Below are positions 38,016 to 48,672 of a DNA stretch of 64,000 bases, piece after piece. The DNA comes from Desulfomonilia bacterium (GTDB taxonomy: Bacteria > Desulfobacterota > Desulfomonilia > UBA1062): contig JBEKDT010000015.1 in NCBI GenBank assembly GCA_050014195.1, positions 64,953 through 128,952 on the forward strand, written 5' to 3'. The translations under genes were made by a program, and so were the position numbers. The notes beneath the pieces are model-generated. The model was not told the origin of the DNA. It saw only the letters and a program-made list of their open reading frames with translations, and made no database searches. Every line of letters begins with the position of its first letter. The stretch's first letter is position 1.

Positions 38016-38034
38016 ATTGATAATGATTATCAAT
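38016..38034. promoter_or_regulatory. Fur-family operator palindrome
   Basis: ATTGATAATGATTATCAAT, perfect 9-1-9 palindrome abutting the dfx RBS; TTGACA on minus strand at 38064-38059. Confidence 0.8.
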
Positions 38035-38522
38035 ATAACTAGTTATGAATACTCTCCCTGTCAAGGGCATTTTGAGATACCTCTGTTTATTATAATCATG
38101 AGATGAGTAAAAACACCCCTCTTTGTATGAGACACCGAATCGGGTACAAACCTCCCCCGTCCCTGGAAGGCATAGTCCGGTGAATAATGGGCACCGTCTA
38201 TCTGATACACTTCGGTGCAAACCCTTTCTCCCGTCTTGAGAGACATTGTCCCCTCTCCCCTACGCAGACAGCCTAGTCCCCTCGCCCCTTGCGGGAGAAG
38301 GACAGGATGAGGGGGTCAGTCCCATATTCATCTGGAATCCAATTCCAACATCATCTTCATTGAAAATCGTTATGTGCACCTCAGCGCTCTCCGCCTGAAA
38401 ACCTTTCACCTTGCCGGGCTAATACAAATGGGCTTAAATACAAGATTCATAGGCCCAACGGCCTTATAATTTCCATATTGACAGGGGTGTGTTTGGCTGT
38501 TATTAAAGACATCCGTCATGCT

Positions 38523-38608
38523 GCCGAAGTGGTGGAATTGGCAGACACGCCATCTTGAGGGGGTGGTGGGTAACTCCCGTCCGGGTTCAAATCCCGGCTT
38601 CGGCACCA
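38523..38608 (+). tRNA. tRNA-Leu(GAG)
   Basis: GCCGAAG/CTTCGGC acceptor stem, anticodon loop TT-GAG-GG, variable arm, GGTTCAAATCC, CCA end; upstream TTGACA-17-TATTAA. Confidence 0.96.
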
Positions 38609-38655
38609 CTGAACTAATATTTTATACTTAAAGAGTAGAAAGAGAGTTGGCATCC

Positions 38656-38850
38656 ATGTCAAGAAGGTGTGATATTTGTGGAAAAGGCCCGCAGACAGGG
38701 CATAATGTTTCCCATGCGCAGAACAAGACGAAAAAAGTCTGGCTCCCGAATCTCCAGAAGGTGCGGATAGAGACTGCCCAGGGGGTCAAGAGCGTTAAGG
38801 TATGCACCCAGTGCATTAAATCCGACAAGATCCGGAAACACGCTGCCTGA
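38656..38850 (+). CDS. rpmB: 50S ribosomal protein L28
   Basis: [27 protein letters not shown]. Confidence 0.96.
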   Translation: MSRRCDICGKGPQTGHNVSHAQNKTKKVWLPNLQKVRIETAQGVKSVKVCTQCIKSDKIRKHAA

Positions 38851-39032
38851 TTCGAGCATCATCTCTAGTTACCACCTTATTATCTTTTCAATTATGAGGT
38901 GCGTCCTCTCCTGAGCGGATGACCGAAACCGTCATCAACATCACCGATTAATTCCATATTCACCTTTTTGAGAATACATGCTAATGGGGAACTCCAGAAA
39001 ATGACAAATGATATGCTCTGTGGAATTATGTC

Positions 39033-39503
39033 ATGACCAACAGATATCCCCTCATAGCACTTCTGCTCGTTATCCTCACAGGATGCGCCACTGCTCCCCC
39101 TCCTGCACCCATGATCGATGATACATATTTCTTTCTCGGCCGGTTCGACAAGGTCTGGGATGTAACCCTGAAAGTGCTGGAGAAGAGATCCTTGGCCATA
39201 AAGGACATACATAAGGAAAAAGGCGAGATAATTACCCGCTTCGTGAATTATTCCGTAGGGCCGCATGCCCACCAAGACCTGGAAAATATAGCTGAAAGGC
39301 CTGATCTTCTTCTGGGCCTCTATACCCAGGTGGGTTATTCCCTGACCATAAGACTCACTCCCATTAATGATATGAGCACACAGGTGAAGGTGACGGCCAA
39401 TATCGAAGCATATGATACGAATGTCACCCAGAAGTGGCAGAAATGCCTTTCAAAGGACATTCTCGAAAGGGAAATTCTGGAACAAATCAGGGCTTCCCTG
39501 TAA
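39033..39503 (+). CDS. Lipoprotein of unknown function
   Basis: ILTGC lipobox. Confidence 0.75.
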   Translation: MTNRYPLIALLLVILTGCATAPPPAPMIDDTYFFLGRFDKVWDVTLKVLEKRSLAIKDIHKEKGEIITRFVNYSVGPHAHQDLENIAERPDLLLGLYTQVGYSLTIRLTPINDMSTQVKVTANIEAYDTNVTQKWQKCLSKDILEREILEQIRASL

Positions 39504-39547
39504 GGAAACAACCGGTACGATACTTCCGGGTATCTTCATAACCCATT

Positions 39548-41683
39548 TTATAAAGCGGACAATACCCTATCAATCCTATCCACCCCTTTGAGTTTTCTGA
39601 TCTCGGTGGAGAGCCTTTCAAGCTCATGTATGTCTTTGACCATAACCCTGAACACACACTTGGAATGACCATCCGGCAGGGAGGAGGCATTCAGCTTTGT
39701 GATGTTGATATTTTTAGCCCCGAGGATTGCCGTGATGGAACCGAGCATACCCGGCTTGTCTTCGCATATGACCGAGATTTCGATCTCATGTGCTTCACTG
39801 ATGCCCGATTCCCATTCCACGGGAATCAGCCGCTGGGAGTCAACTTCATCGACATACGGGCAGCTCGTGCGGTGAACCGTGATCCCCTTGCCGCGTGTGA
39901 TGAACCCGATAATTTCATCTCCGGGGATGGGCCTGCAGCAGCGGGCATATCGAATGAGCAGGTTCTCAACACCCTTTACCACAACGCTGGAGCCCACCTG
40001 CTTCTTCTGCGGGGCAACCTCCTTATATTCCTTCTTCTGCTCCTCGGGCATGATCTTGTGGATCACCTGATTTACCGATGTCCTCCCGAAACCGATTGCA
40101 GCAAAGAGATCATCCGCCGTCTTAAAGGAGAACTCCCTTGCAAGGTGTTCAAGATCAACGTCCTTTGCCACATGCTGGCTCTTGAGCTTCTTTTCCAGCA
40201 TCTCCCTGCCGAGTGCGATACTCTGTTCGCGTTCCTGGGTTCTCAGCCAGTTCTGTATCTTGTTTCTGGCCCTCGATGTCTTGGCTATCCTCAGCCAGTC
40301 TTTACTGGGATGCTGCTTGGGAGACCTTAAAATCTCGATTACGTCTCCGCTCTTAAGCTCGTAGTTCAGCTTCACGATCTGGCCGTTGACCTTTGCACCC
40401 GTGCACTGATTCCCGAGCTGGGTATGAACGCTGTAGGCAAAATCAAGGGGGGTCGCCCCCATAGGAAACTGAAGCACCTCTCCTTGAGGGGTGAAGACAA
40501 AGACATCTTCCGGGTAGAGATCGAGCTTGACGCTCTGGAGAAATTCCCGCGGATCCTTGAGTTCCTTTTGTGATTCAAGCAGACGTCTGAGCCAGGAAAG
40601 TTCCTGTCCTTCCTGATTCTTGAGCTTCGGTTGATCCTTGAGTTTGGAGTAATCTTTATAAAGCCAATGTGCAGCTATGCCTTCATTGGCAATAAAATCC
40701 ATCTCAAACGTCCTGATCTGAATCTCGATCCGCTCCCCCTCAGGGCCGAACACCGTTGTGTGCAAAGACTGGTACTTATTCGGCTTGGGCATAGCGATGA
40801 AGTCCTTAATCCTCTGTTGGATGGGCTTCCACATGGAGTGGATGATGCCCAGCGTCTCATAACACTCACCCACGGTTGTTACGAGCACCCGTACTCCAAG
40901 CACGTCATAAATGTTCTCCAGAGAGATTCCCTGGCGCTTGAGCTTCTGATAGACGCTGTAGATATGTTTGATCCTGCCCTTGAGTTCCGCCTTGATCCCC
41001 GCCTCTGTAAGCTTGGCCTGGATCTGGGCAATGACGCCCTGGAGATATTCCTCTTTTTCCTTGGCAATGGAGTCCAACCTTGCCTTGAGGATCCGGTAGT
41101 CCTCCGGTTCCAAATATTTTAAACTGAGCTCTTCCAGCTCCACCTGGAGCCAGTGGATACCAAGCCTGTTGGACAGCGGGGCATAGATGTCAAGGGTCTC
41201 CTGTGCGATCCTGATCTGTGATTCCCGTTTATGGTACTCAAGGGTGCGCATGTTGTGGAGACGGTCCACCAGCTTTATGAGAAGGACCCTTAAATCCTTG
41301 CTCATGGCGAGGATCATCTTACGGAAATTCTCCGCCTGCTGTTCTTCCACGGAGCGGAAGTTCATCTTGCTTATCTTGGTGAGCCCGTCCACCACCTGGA
41401 CGACTTCATCGCCGAAATCCGCCTTGATTTGATCGGTTTTGATGAGACTGTCCTCGATGGTGTCATGGAGAAGGGAAGCAACCACGGCCGTTGCATCAAG
41501 GTGCATCTGGGCCACCATAAAGGCCACTTCCAGGGGATGGTTGAGGTATGGCTCCCCGCTCAGCCTTGTCTGGCCCTGATGTACCCGGGCGGAAAAGACA
41601 TAGGCCTTCTCGATCAGCCGCTTATCCGCCTCCGGTACAAATTCAGAGACTTCATCAAGTATGTCATTTATTCGTACGGTCAA
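39548..41683 (-). CDS. spoT: Bifunctional (p)ppGpp synthetase/hydrolase
   Basis: HQGQTRLSGEPY, LLHDTIED, DRLHNMRTL, YQSLHT, EIQIRT, TGS and ACT domains; start (TTG 41683) uncertain. Confidence 0.93.
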   Translation of the reverse strand: MTVRINDILDEVSEFVPEADKRLIEKAYVFSARVHQGQTRLSGEPYLNHPLEVAFMVAQMHLDATAVVASLLHDTIEDSLIKTDQIKADFGDEVVQVVDGLTKISKMNFRSVEEQQAENFRKMILAMSKDLRVLLIKLVDRLHNMRTLEYHKRESQIRIAQETLDIYAPLSNRLGIHWLQVELEELSLKYLEPEDYRILKARLDSIAKEKEEYLQGVIAQIQAKLTEAGIKAELKGRIKHIYSVYQKLKRQGISLENIYDVLGVRVLVTTVGECYETLGIIHSMWKPIQQRIKDFIAMPKPNKYQSLHTTVFGPEGERIEIQIRTFEMDFIANEGIAAHWLYKDYSKLKDQPKLKNQEGQELSWLRRLLESQKELKDPREFLQSVKLDLYPEDVFVFTPQGEVLQFPMGATPLDFAYSVHTQLGNQCTGAKVNGQIVKLNYELKSGDVIEILRSPKQHPSKDWLRIAKTSRARNKIQNWLRTQEREQSIALGREMLEKKLKSQHVAKDVDLEHLAREFSFKTADDLFAAIGFGRTSVNQVIHKIMPEEQKKEYKEVAPQKKQVGSSVVVKGVENLLIRYARCCRPIPGDEIIGFITRGKGITVHRTSCPYVDEVDSQRLIPVEWESGISEAHEIEISVICEDKPGMLGSITAILGAKNINITKLNASSLPDGHSKCVFRVMVKDIHELERLSTEIRKLKGVDRIDRVLSAL

Positions 41684-43403
41684 TGACGAGACCCTTCGCC
41701 TCAAGCAGCTCTGTGCAATAGGTCACGATCCCATCAAGGGGGACCTTCTCGACCTTACCGCTCGCCCTGTCCTTGAGTTCAACAACACCCCCTGCGAGGT
41801 CCTTTGCTCCTACGGTTATCCTTATAGGGACACCGATGAGATCGGCGTCCTTGAATTTCACGCCGGGTCTCACATCCCGATCATCAAGCAATACATCATA
41901 GCCTTCGGTATTAAGGCCGTCGTAGATACGCATTGCCGCTTCCATGGCAGGCCCCTCGCTCACGTTGATAGCAAGTACCTCTACGTGGTAGGGAGCTATA
42001 GTTACAGGGAACAGTATCCCGAACTCATCATGATTCTGCTCCAGGGCAGCCGCTACCGTCCTGCCCACACCTATACCATAACAGCCCATGATCAGGGGCT
42101 TTTGCCTTCCATCCTCATCGAGGAAGAGTGCGTTCATGGCCTTTGAATACTTCGTACCGAGTTTGAAGACGTGCCCCACTTCGATGCCGCGGATGATCTC
42201 AAGCTTTCCGGTCCGGCACCGGGGGCAGCTGTCTGTGGCCATGGCCGAGCGGATGTCGGCCACAATATCGACCTTGACATCCCGTGAGAACCATACATCC
42301 TTGATATGGTAATCCTGTTTGTTTCCGCCTGTCACGTAGGAGCCGCCTTTAAGGAGCGAGGCGTCCGCCACCTTTTTCAACATTAAACCTACAGGCCCGG
42401 CAAACCCCCGGGGCGCTTTGGTATATTCTTCTATGGCAGCTTCATCGGCGAGTTCCACTGACTCACACGTAAGGGCCCGCCTCAGCTTTGCCTCGCTGAT
42501 CTCGTGATCGCCCCTGACCAGGGCCGCCACCGGGCCGTTTTCCGTCATGTAAATAAGGGTCTTGATCAACGCAGCCGGCTCTATATGCAAGAATTCGCAC
42601 ACCTCTTCCACGGTCCTGATATCCGGGGTATGAACCTCGATGGGCTTCCCTCCGGGGGCCTTGGGGAACGATATATCCTCGGGCATTGCGATCTCGGCCC
42701 TCTCCTGGTTTGCGGCATAATCACACGAGTCACAGCTTAAGATGGCATCCTCACCGGTATCGGCCAGGACCATGAATTCGTGGGAAAAATTCCCGCCGAT
42801 GGGGCCCGAATCCGCTTCCACCGCTTTAAACTTAAGGCCGCACCTCTTGAAGATCTTTTCATAGGCCTCGAACATGGCCGCATAGCTCTTTTCCGCACCC
42901 TGGTCGTCCTGATCAAAGGAGTACGCATCCTTCATGATGAACTCCCGTGCCCTCATCACCCCGAAGCGCGGCCTGATCTCATCGCGGAACTTTGTCTGTA
43001 TCTGGTAGAGGTTGAGCGGCACATCCTTATAGGAATGGATATAATCCCTCACGATTTCCGTGATGACTTCCTCATGGGTGGGCCCGATGACGAATTCCGC
43101 TCCCTTGCGGTCCATCAACCTGAGGAGTTCTTTCCCATACAGAGACCACCTGCCGCTCTCCTTCCAGATCTCGGAGGGCTGGACGGCAGGGAGGAGGACC
43201 TCCTGGGCGCCGGCGGCGTTCATCTCTTCACGGATGATCTTCTCAACCTTCTGTATGGCCTTCAGTCCATAGGGCAGGTACGAATAGATGCCAGAGGCCA
43301 GCTTCTTTATCATGCATGCCCTGAGCATGAGCTTATGGCTCACCACCTCGGCATCACGGGGATCTTCTTTAAGGGTGTGGAGAAACAGAGAGGACATCTT
43401 CAT
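41664..43403 (-). CDS. proS: Prolyl-tRNA synthetase
   Basis: GPTHEE, KFRDEIRPRFG, GIEVGHVFKLG, MGCYGIG. Confidence 0.97.
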   Translation of the reverse strand: MKMSSLFLHTLKEDPRDAEVVSHKLMLRACMIKKLASGIYSYLPYGLKAIQKVEKIIREEMNAAGAQEVLLPAVQPSEIWKESGRWSLYGKELLRLMDRKGAEFVIGPTHEEVITEIVRDYIHSYKDVPLNLYQIQTKFRDEIRPRFGVMRAREFIMKDAYSFDQDDQGAEKSYAAMFEAYEKIFKRCGLKFKAVEADSGPIGGNFSHEFMVLADTGEDAILSCDSCDYAANQERAEIAMPEDISFPKAPGGKPIEVHTPDIRTVEEVCEFLHIEPAALIKTLIYMTENGPVAALVRGDHEISEAKLRRALTCESVELADEAAIEEYTKAPRGFAGPVGLMLKKVADASLLKGGSYVTGGNKQDYHIKDVWFSRDVKVDIVADIRSAMATDSCPRCRTGKLEIIRGIEVGHVFKLGTKYSKAMNALFLDEDGRQKPLIMGCYGIGVGRTVAAALEQNHDEFGILFPVTIAPYHVEVLAINVSEGPAMEAAMRIYDGLNTEGYDVLLDDRDVRPGVKFKDADLIGVPIRITVGAKDLAGGVVELKDRASGKVEKVPLDGIVTYCTELLEAKGLVIDRTNK

Positions 43404-44464
43404 GAAACAGTCTCCTTACGTATTTCGTTCACGATCGATTGCACAATGTCGGCCGTCTTGATACGCGCTAAAGGCTTGCCATGAGAAAACAGCACAGCCC
43501 CCTTTTTATCGCAGGCAACACCGAGATCCGCTATCCTGGCCTCTCCCGGTCCGTTGACTACACAGCCCATGACGGCCACCACCATATGTCTTTTGATGTC
43601 CTTGAGGGCATCTTCAACCTCGGATGCGATTGAGGCAACATCCGCACATGAACGGGCGCACGTGGGACATGCGATGACGCGAACCCCCTCGTTCCTGAGT
43701 CCGAGGCACTCCAGGAGGATCCTGCCGGCGAAGACCTCCTGGACCGGGTCGGCCGAGAGCGAGATCCGTATCGTATCTCCAATACCCTCTTCGAGTAACG
43801 TTCCGATACCGGCGGAGGAGCGGATGAGGCCCGAGAGCAGGGGGCCGGCCTCGGTCACCCCGAGGTGCAGAGGCCATGAACACAGCCTGGAGAACCGCCT
43901 ATATGCATCGATGGTCTCGAGGACATCGGAAGATTTCAGCGATACCTTCAGGGATTCCACCCCCATGTCCTCAAGCATCTCCACATACTGCCCGGCGCTT
44001 TCAACCAGAGCCCCCACCTTATCGTGCCCATGTTTTGCAAGGAGAGATTTTCTCACCGAGCCGAGGTTGACCCCCACCCGGATCGGAACTCCGTTCTGTA
44101 TGGCGACATGTGCCACCGCCTTGAGCTTCTCTTTTCCACCGATATTGCCGGGATTGATCCGGATGCCGTCGGCACCCTCCTCCATGGCGCCGACGGCAAG
44201 CCGGTAATCGAAGTGGATGTCGGCTATCAGCGGAATACGGATGCCTCTCTTGATCTCTCCAAAGGCCTGAACGGAATCTTCATCCGGCACGCTGACGCGG
44301 ATGATATCACAACCGGCCTTTTCGAGCTCTTCTATCTGTGAGATGGTCCCTTCTATATCGGTGGTTAAGGTATTGGTCATGGACTGGATGCTGACCGGCG
44401 AACCGCCGCCGACCGGATATTTCCCGATAAAAATTCTGCGTGTCTGTGCACGATGAGACGTCAT
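43400..44464 (-). CDS. ispG: HMBPP synthase
   Basis: IQSMTNT, ADIHFD, RINPGN, HLGVTEAG, CPTC..MGCVVNGPGE. Confidence 0.97.
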   Translation of the reverse strand: MTSHRAQTRRIFIGKYPVGGGSPVSIQSMTNTLTTDIEGTISQIEELEKAGCDIIRVSVPDEDSVQAFGEIKRGIRIPLIADIHFDYRLAVGAMEEGADGIRINPGNIGGKEKLKAVAHVAIQNGVPIRVGVNLGSVRKSLLAKHGHDKVGALVESAGQYVEMLEDMGVESLKVSLKSSDVLETIDAYRRFSRLCSWPLHLGVTEAGPLLSGLIRSSAGIGTLLEEGIGDTIRISLSADPVQEVFAGRILLECLGLRNEGVRVIACPTCARSCADVASIASEVEDALKDIKRHMVVAVMGCVVNGPGEARIADLGVACDKKGAVLFSHGKPLARIKTADIVQSIVNEIRKETVS

Positions 44465-44533
44465 TCAAAAAGAGTACCATATTTAGGGGTTGCGACTCAA
44501 GATTGGAAGGCATTTGAACGATAAGATCAAGAG

Positions 44534-46471
44534 ATGGGTAAATTGTCTCCTGAGCAGATCGAGAGCATTCTCGATAATGTGGGCGAGCTGCCCACTTTGC
44601 CCTCCATTGCCACTGCCATTATGGAAAAGACCATGGAGGCGAACGTGAATGCCCGGCAGATTGCCGAGCTGGTGGAGAAGGACCAGGCGCTTGCACTGAA
44701 GGTGCTCAAGGTTGCAAATTCACCATTCTACCGGAGGATCAAGGAGATCTCCACCATACGCGGGGCGGTTGTTCTCTTAGGTTTCAATGTCTTGAAAAGC
44801 ATCGTGCTCAGCATCAGCGTGATCAACCTGTTTAACGAAAAGGAACGCCGTGTACTCGATTTCTACAAATTCTGGCAGCACAGCATCGCCTGTGCGGTGT
44901 GCGCCAAATCCATTGCCGCCAGAATCTTACCGGCCTCTTCCGAGGATGCATTTGTAGCAGGCCTGCTGCATGACCTCGGCAAGGTGATCGCCGACCAGCT
45001 CATCTGCAAACACGGTGAATACAATGAGGTATTCGAGGCCATGAATCGGGCGGGGGCGGATATCATAGAAATAGAGCAGGATCTCCTGGGAATCGATCAC
45101 GCCTCCATCGGCAAATACCTCATGGAGCGGTGGAACCTGCCGGGCCACTTGAGCAAGGCGGTCGGATATCATCACAGCATTATCGACATCACCGATGATG
45201 TGCAAACCAAGCGGCTTTGCTCCATCATTCATGTGGCCGACATGGTTGCCAACCACTTGGGGCTCGGCATGAACCCGACACAGACTGGGTTCATTGACCC
45301 GTCTCTGCTTAACCAACTGAATCTCACAAGCCAGGACATCCAGGACATCTCCATTTCCTTGAAGGACAACATCTCAAACATCAGCGATGAGCTGGGTATT
45401 CCTACGGCGGAGCCAAAGACTTATTTCGAGGTATTGCAGACGGCAAATGCCCAACTCGGCAAACTCAGCCTTGACCTGGAACAGAAGAAGATGGCCCTGG
45501 AACGAAGGACCCTGGAGCTGTCAAACCTCAACCAGATGAGCACAAACCTCCAGGCATCCATAAAGCTCTCGGAGATCCTGAACATCATTGCATCTCACAC
45601 GCTGACCATACTTGATGCAAAGAAGACCCGCTGCCTGATCCGCCTCAACAACCTGCGCATCATGGTCACGGAATCCTTTGTGCTTGGAGAATCTCCCCAG
45701 ACAAAGACGGGGGTTGCAAGCGCCACCAAGGAACTGCTGGACAGGACCAATGGAATATTCCCCAGATCCGGGGGTATTATCTTTGCCGCCTTGAAGGTGG
45801 ATGGCAAGACCATCGGGGCCATCGAGGTTCTTCTGAAGGATAACCTGGTGCAAGACGAGATCAATCAGAAGGCGCTGCTGTTACGCACCATTGCCGAGGT
45901 AAGCTCACAGGCAATACAGCGGGCTATGCTCATTACCAAGAATATGAAGGCCCAGAGGTTGGCTGCAGTAACGAAAACAGCCATTGCCGCAAACCATGAG
46001 ATCAACTCGCCCCTGACCACCATCTTGCTGAAACTTGATATGCTTACGGGCGAGAGGCAATTGAGCCCGGCTGCCAAGAACATCGTCGCAGAGATAAAGG
46101 GCGAGGCCATGGCCATCAGGAATGTGGTGAAGAAGATGCTGGAGATATCCGACGTGGTCGAAACAACCTATGCACAGAATGAGAAGATGCTCGACCTCAA
46201 AGGGGCCGTCAAGGGAGCCTCACCGGGTCCTTCGGCCAAGGGCCGGACGCATCCTCAGAACGACGTGGCCGGGTTCGAGGATTACATTGAGGAACGACCC
46301 AAAGGTGAGGCCGGGGAACAGGTATCCAAGCCGGGGACAATCGAGCAGACACCTGGATTCGAAGACTACCTGGAAGACAAGCCCAAAGTGACTTCTGATG
46401 TAAAAGCCGCATCAAGGGGTTCAGGAACGAACTCCGATACCCCCGGCTTCGAGGATTACCTGGATAAATAG
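44534..46471 (+). CDS. HDOD-domain signalling protein with HisKA-like helix and repetitive tail
   Basis: LPTLP, DQALALKVLKVANS, FWQHS, GLLHDLGK, HEINSPL; no HATPase; three GFEDY repeats. Confidence 0.85.
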   Translation: MGKLSPEQIESILDNVGELPTLPSIATAIMEKTMEANVNARQIAELVEKDQALALKVLKVANSPFYRRIKEISTIRGAVVLLGFNVLKSIVLSISVINLFNEKERRVLDFYKFWQHSIACAVCAKSIAARILPASSEDAFVAGLLHDLGKVIADQLICKHGEYNEVFEAMNRAGADIIEIEQDLLGIDHASIGKYLMERWNLPGHLSKAVGYHHSIIDITDDVQTKRLCSIIHVADMVANHLGLGMNPTQTGFIDPSLLNQLNLTSQDIQDISISLKDNISNISDELGIPTAEPKTYFEVLQTANAQLGKLSLDLEQKKMALERRTLELSNLNQMSTNLQASIKLSEILNIIASHTLTILDAKKTRCLIRLNNLRIMVTESFVLGESPQTKTGVASATKELLDRTNGIFPRSGGIIFAALKVDGKTIGAIEVLLKDNLVQDEINQKALLLRTIAEVSSQAIQRAMLITKNMKAQRLAAVTKTAIAANHEINSPLTTILLKLDMLTGERQLSPAAKNIVAEIKGEAMAIRNVVKKMLEISDVVETTYAQNEKMLDLKGAVKGASPGPSAKGRTHPQNDVAGFEDYIEERPKGEAGEQVSKPGTIEQTPGFEDYLEDKPKVTSDVKAASRGSGTNSDTPGFEDYLDK

Positions 46472-46606
46472 GGTTATTATTCACCTCAAAGAAAACACCA
46501 TATTCCTTAAGTATTTTCTTTCAGGCTTCACCAGTAGATTCTCAGGTAACTTTCCCTTATAGTATACCGGTAAGCACTTATATCTTCATGAAGAGGGGGC
46601 AGCTGT

Positions 46607-47593
46607 ATGGAGACACTCATCAATGCTCAGGGCCGGATCGACTGGGGGATATATGATGAACCGGTTAAGAATGTGAACTATCTCGACTATGACCTCCAGA
46701 CTCCCATGGGCCTTAAAATTCCAAGGCCCCTGAAACGCATCCTGGCAAACCAGTTCCATTTTGTCGGCATCATGGGGCCGGATATCATCGGTGGGCTGGC
46801 CGTGGTCGACCTGAAATTTCTGGCCAACGGTTTTTTCTATCTCTATGACCGGCAGGCTAAACGTATCTATGAGGCAAAAGCCCTTGCCGTTTCAGGGGTA
46901 AGTATCAGACCAACACCCGAGCAGCCGCTCAGCAGCTTTTCTTCCGGCGGGTTAAAGATCAATATCGATAGTTCGCAGGTGTCTGCAAAGGGCAAAAAGA
47001 TATCGCTTCAGCTTGACCTTGATGCCCACAGCACGAAACCCCTTCGTATCTGCACGCGGGCAGGATACCGGGGATGGGTCTACACCCAGAAGACAAGCCC
47101 TGTCGGTGTCCGTGGATCTGCGAGAATCGGTGATAGACAGATCGAGATATCTTCACCATCCACGCAAGCCCTTACGGATTGGACATGCGGGTATATGAGG
47201 AGGAGGACCTGCTGGAACTGGGCCGCCTCGGCCTTTACACTGCCCGACGGAAGATCGCTGGGGCTCAACCTCTCATGCGGTGTGAACGAGACAAGCTTCA
47301 CGGAAAATGCATTCTGGATTGATGGGGCCATGACCAAGGTGGACACCGTCAATTATGTCTTCGATAAGCACGATCTCATGAAACCCTGGCTCATCGCATC
47401 GTTTGACAAGAAGGTCGATCTGACCTTCCATCCCGAGGCATCCCGCTCGGAGAAGATCAATGCAGGGTTTGTGGCATCACGCTTCACCCAGCTCATCGGC
47501 ATGTTCGAGGGGGTTTTAAAGACCGATAACGGTGAGGTTATCCGGATTAAAGACTGCCCGGGCTTTGCCGAGGACCACTATGCCAAGTGGTGA
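46607..47593 (+). CDS. DUF2804 family protein
   Basis: WVYTQK, DWTCGYMRRRTCWNW, GLNL..GVNET..EN.FW, FAEDHYAKW. Confidence 0.75.
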   Translation: METLINAQGRIDWGIYDEPVKNVNYLDYDLQTPMGLKIPRPLKRILANQFHFVGIMGPDIIGGLAVVDLKFLANGFFYLYDRQAKRIYEAKALAVSGVSIRPTPEQPLSSFSSGGLKINIDSSQVSAKGKKISLQLDLDAHSTKPLRICTRAGYRGWVYTQKTSPVGVRGSARIGDRQIEISSPSTQALTDWTCGYMRRRTCWNWAASAFTLPDGRSLGLNLSCGVNETSFTENAFWIDGAMTKVDTVNYVFDKHDLMKPWLIASFDKKVDLTFHPEASRSEKINAGFVASRFTQLIGMFEGVLKTDNGEVIRIKDCPGFAEDHYAKW

Positions 47594-48525
47594 ATCCTCT
47601 GGCTGATCTGGTTCAGCCAGTCACGGTACATGACCGAAAGCACCATGAAATCCTTCTCATTATCAACATCGAGTGCCGCACCGCCGATTGTGGTCTCAAC
47701 GATCTTGAACCTGGCGCTTAAGATGGCCGATATGAGCATTTCCAGCCTCGCCCTGGTGACCGGGTAGCTTACGATACGGGAAAGGGCTTCGAACCCGACT
47801 GCGGTCAGGCCTGCCGATATCTGCAGGAGCAGGAAGAGGACGAGGGTCGTGCCGATCTTACCCGGACCAAGCTTGACAATCTCCAAGATCGCTCTGAGGA
47901 TATTAAAGAATTTCTTCTGGTAACGGTATTCATAGACCTTAAGCACGAGATCAATGCTGTTCAGAAGGACAAAGGGCCTGGCCATGTGGAGGTTATTCTG
48001 CCTGAAGTTCCCTTCCCGGGTATGGAAGGTGGCCATCTTGATGCCGGGCCTGCCTTTTCTTGGTCCGAAGAGCGTGAGGATATCTTCGGATGTGATCCCG
48101 GCAATATAGTCATACTTCTCCATATCGCAGCGCGATATGAACTGCTCAAGCTCTTCGACACAGATCAGGGGGATATCTCCGGAGAGGAAGAGAATATGCT
48201 TAAAGAAATACTTCTCGATCAAGGACCCGGTTATCTCGGAACTCTGCCGATACTCACCCAAGGTTTGGAGAAACCCTTCCCAACCGTTCTCAGCAAGGCT
48301 TCTCTTCTGCGGCACGATATGCACGCCGGTGTCGCCTATTACCTCTTCGAACTTCTCTTTGGGGCCCACCACCACGACATTCTCGATATGTCTGCAGGCC
48401 TTCAGGGTCTCGACGATATGCCGGATTATCGGCTTACCGCCGATATCGAGCAGTGCCTTGTTCTTCTTGAACACCCTCCGCGCCGCCCTGCCGTCGCCTG
48501 CAACAACTACTGCATCAATACCCAT
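47578..48525 (-). CDS. MobA-like NTP-transferase domain protein
   Basis: AVVVAG..NKALLDIGGKP, SGDIPL, LDVDNEKD. Confidence 0.75.
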   Translation of the reverse strand: MGIDAVVVAGDGRAARRVFKKNKALLDIGGKPIIRHIVETLKACRHIENVVVVGPKEKFEEVIGDTGVHIVPQKRSLAENGWEGFLQTLGEYRQSSEITGSLIEKYFFKHILFLSGDIPLICVEELEQFISRCDMEKYDYIAGITSEDILTLFGPRKGRPGIKMATFHTREGNFRQNNLHMARPFVLLNSIDLVLKVYEYRYQKKFFNILRAILEIVKLGPGKIGTTLVLFLLLQISAGLTAVGFEALSRIVSYPVTRARLEMLISAILSARFKIVETTIGGAALDVDNEKDFMVLSVMYRDWLNQISQRIHHLA

Positions 48526-48672
48526 GGAATGTTATGAACTTGAAAACAACCAAGATGTCAAGTCAGACTAACATTTTATCATAAGACATCTTGAGAAGCT
48601 GAACATCTCCTTCTGATATTAACCTTATAAGATAAGGCACTCAAATAGACTGGAATAATGGTATAAATCACC

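Noticed and set aside
38523-38608. tRNA-Leu as the integration site of the element
   Set aside because: No duplicated tRNA 3' end was seen; the element's junctions map inside the matrixin gene.
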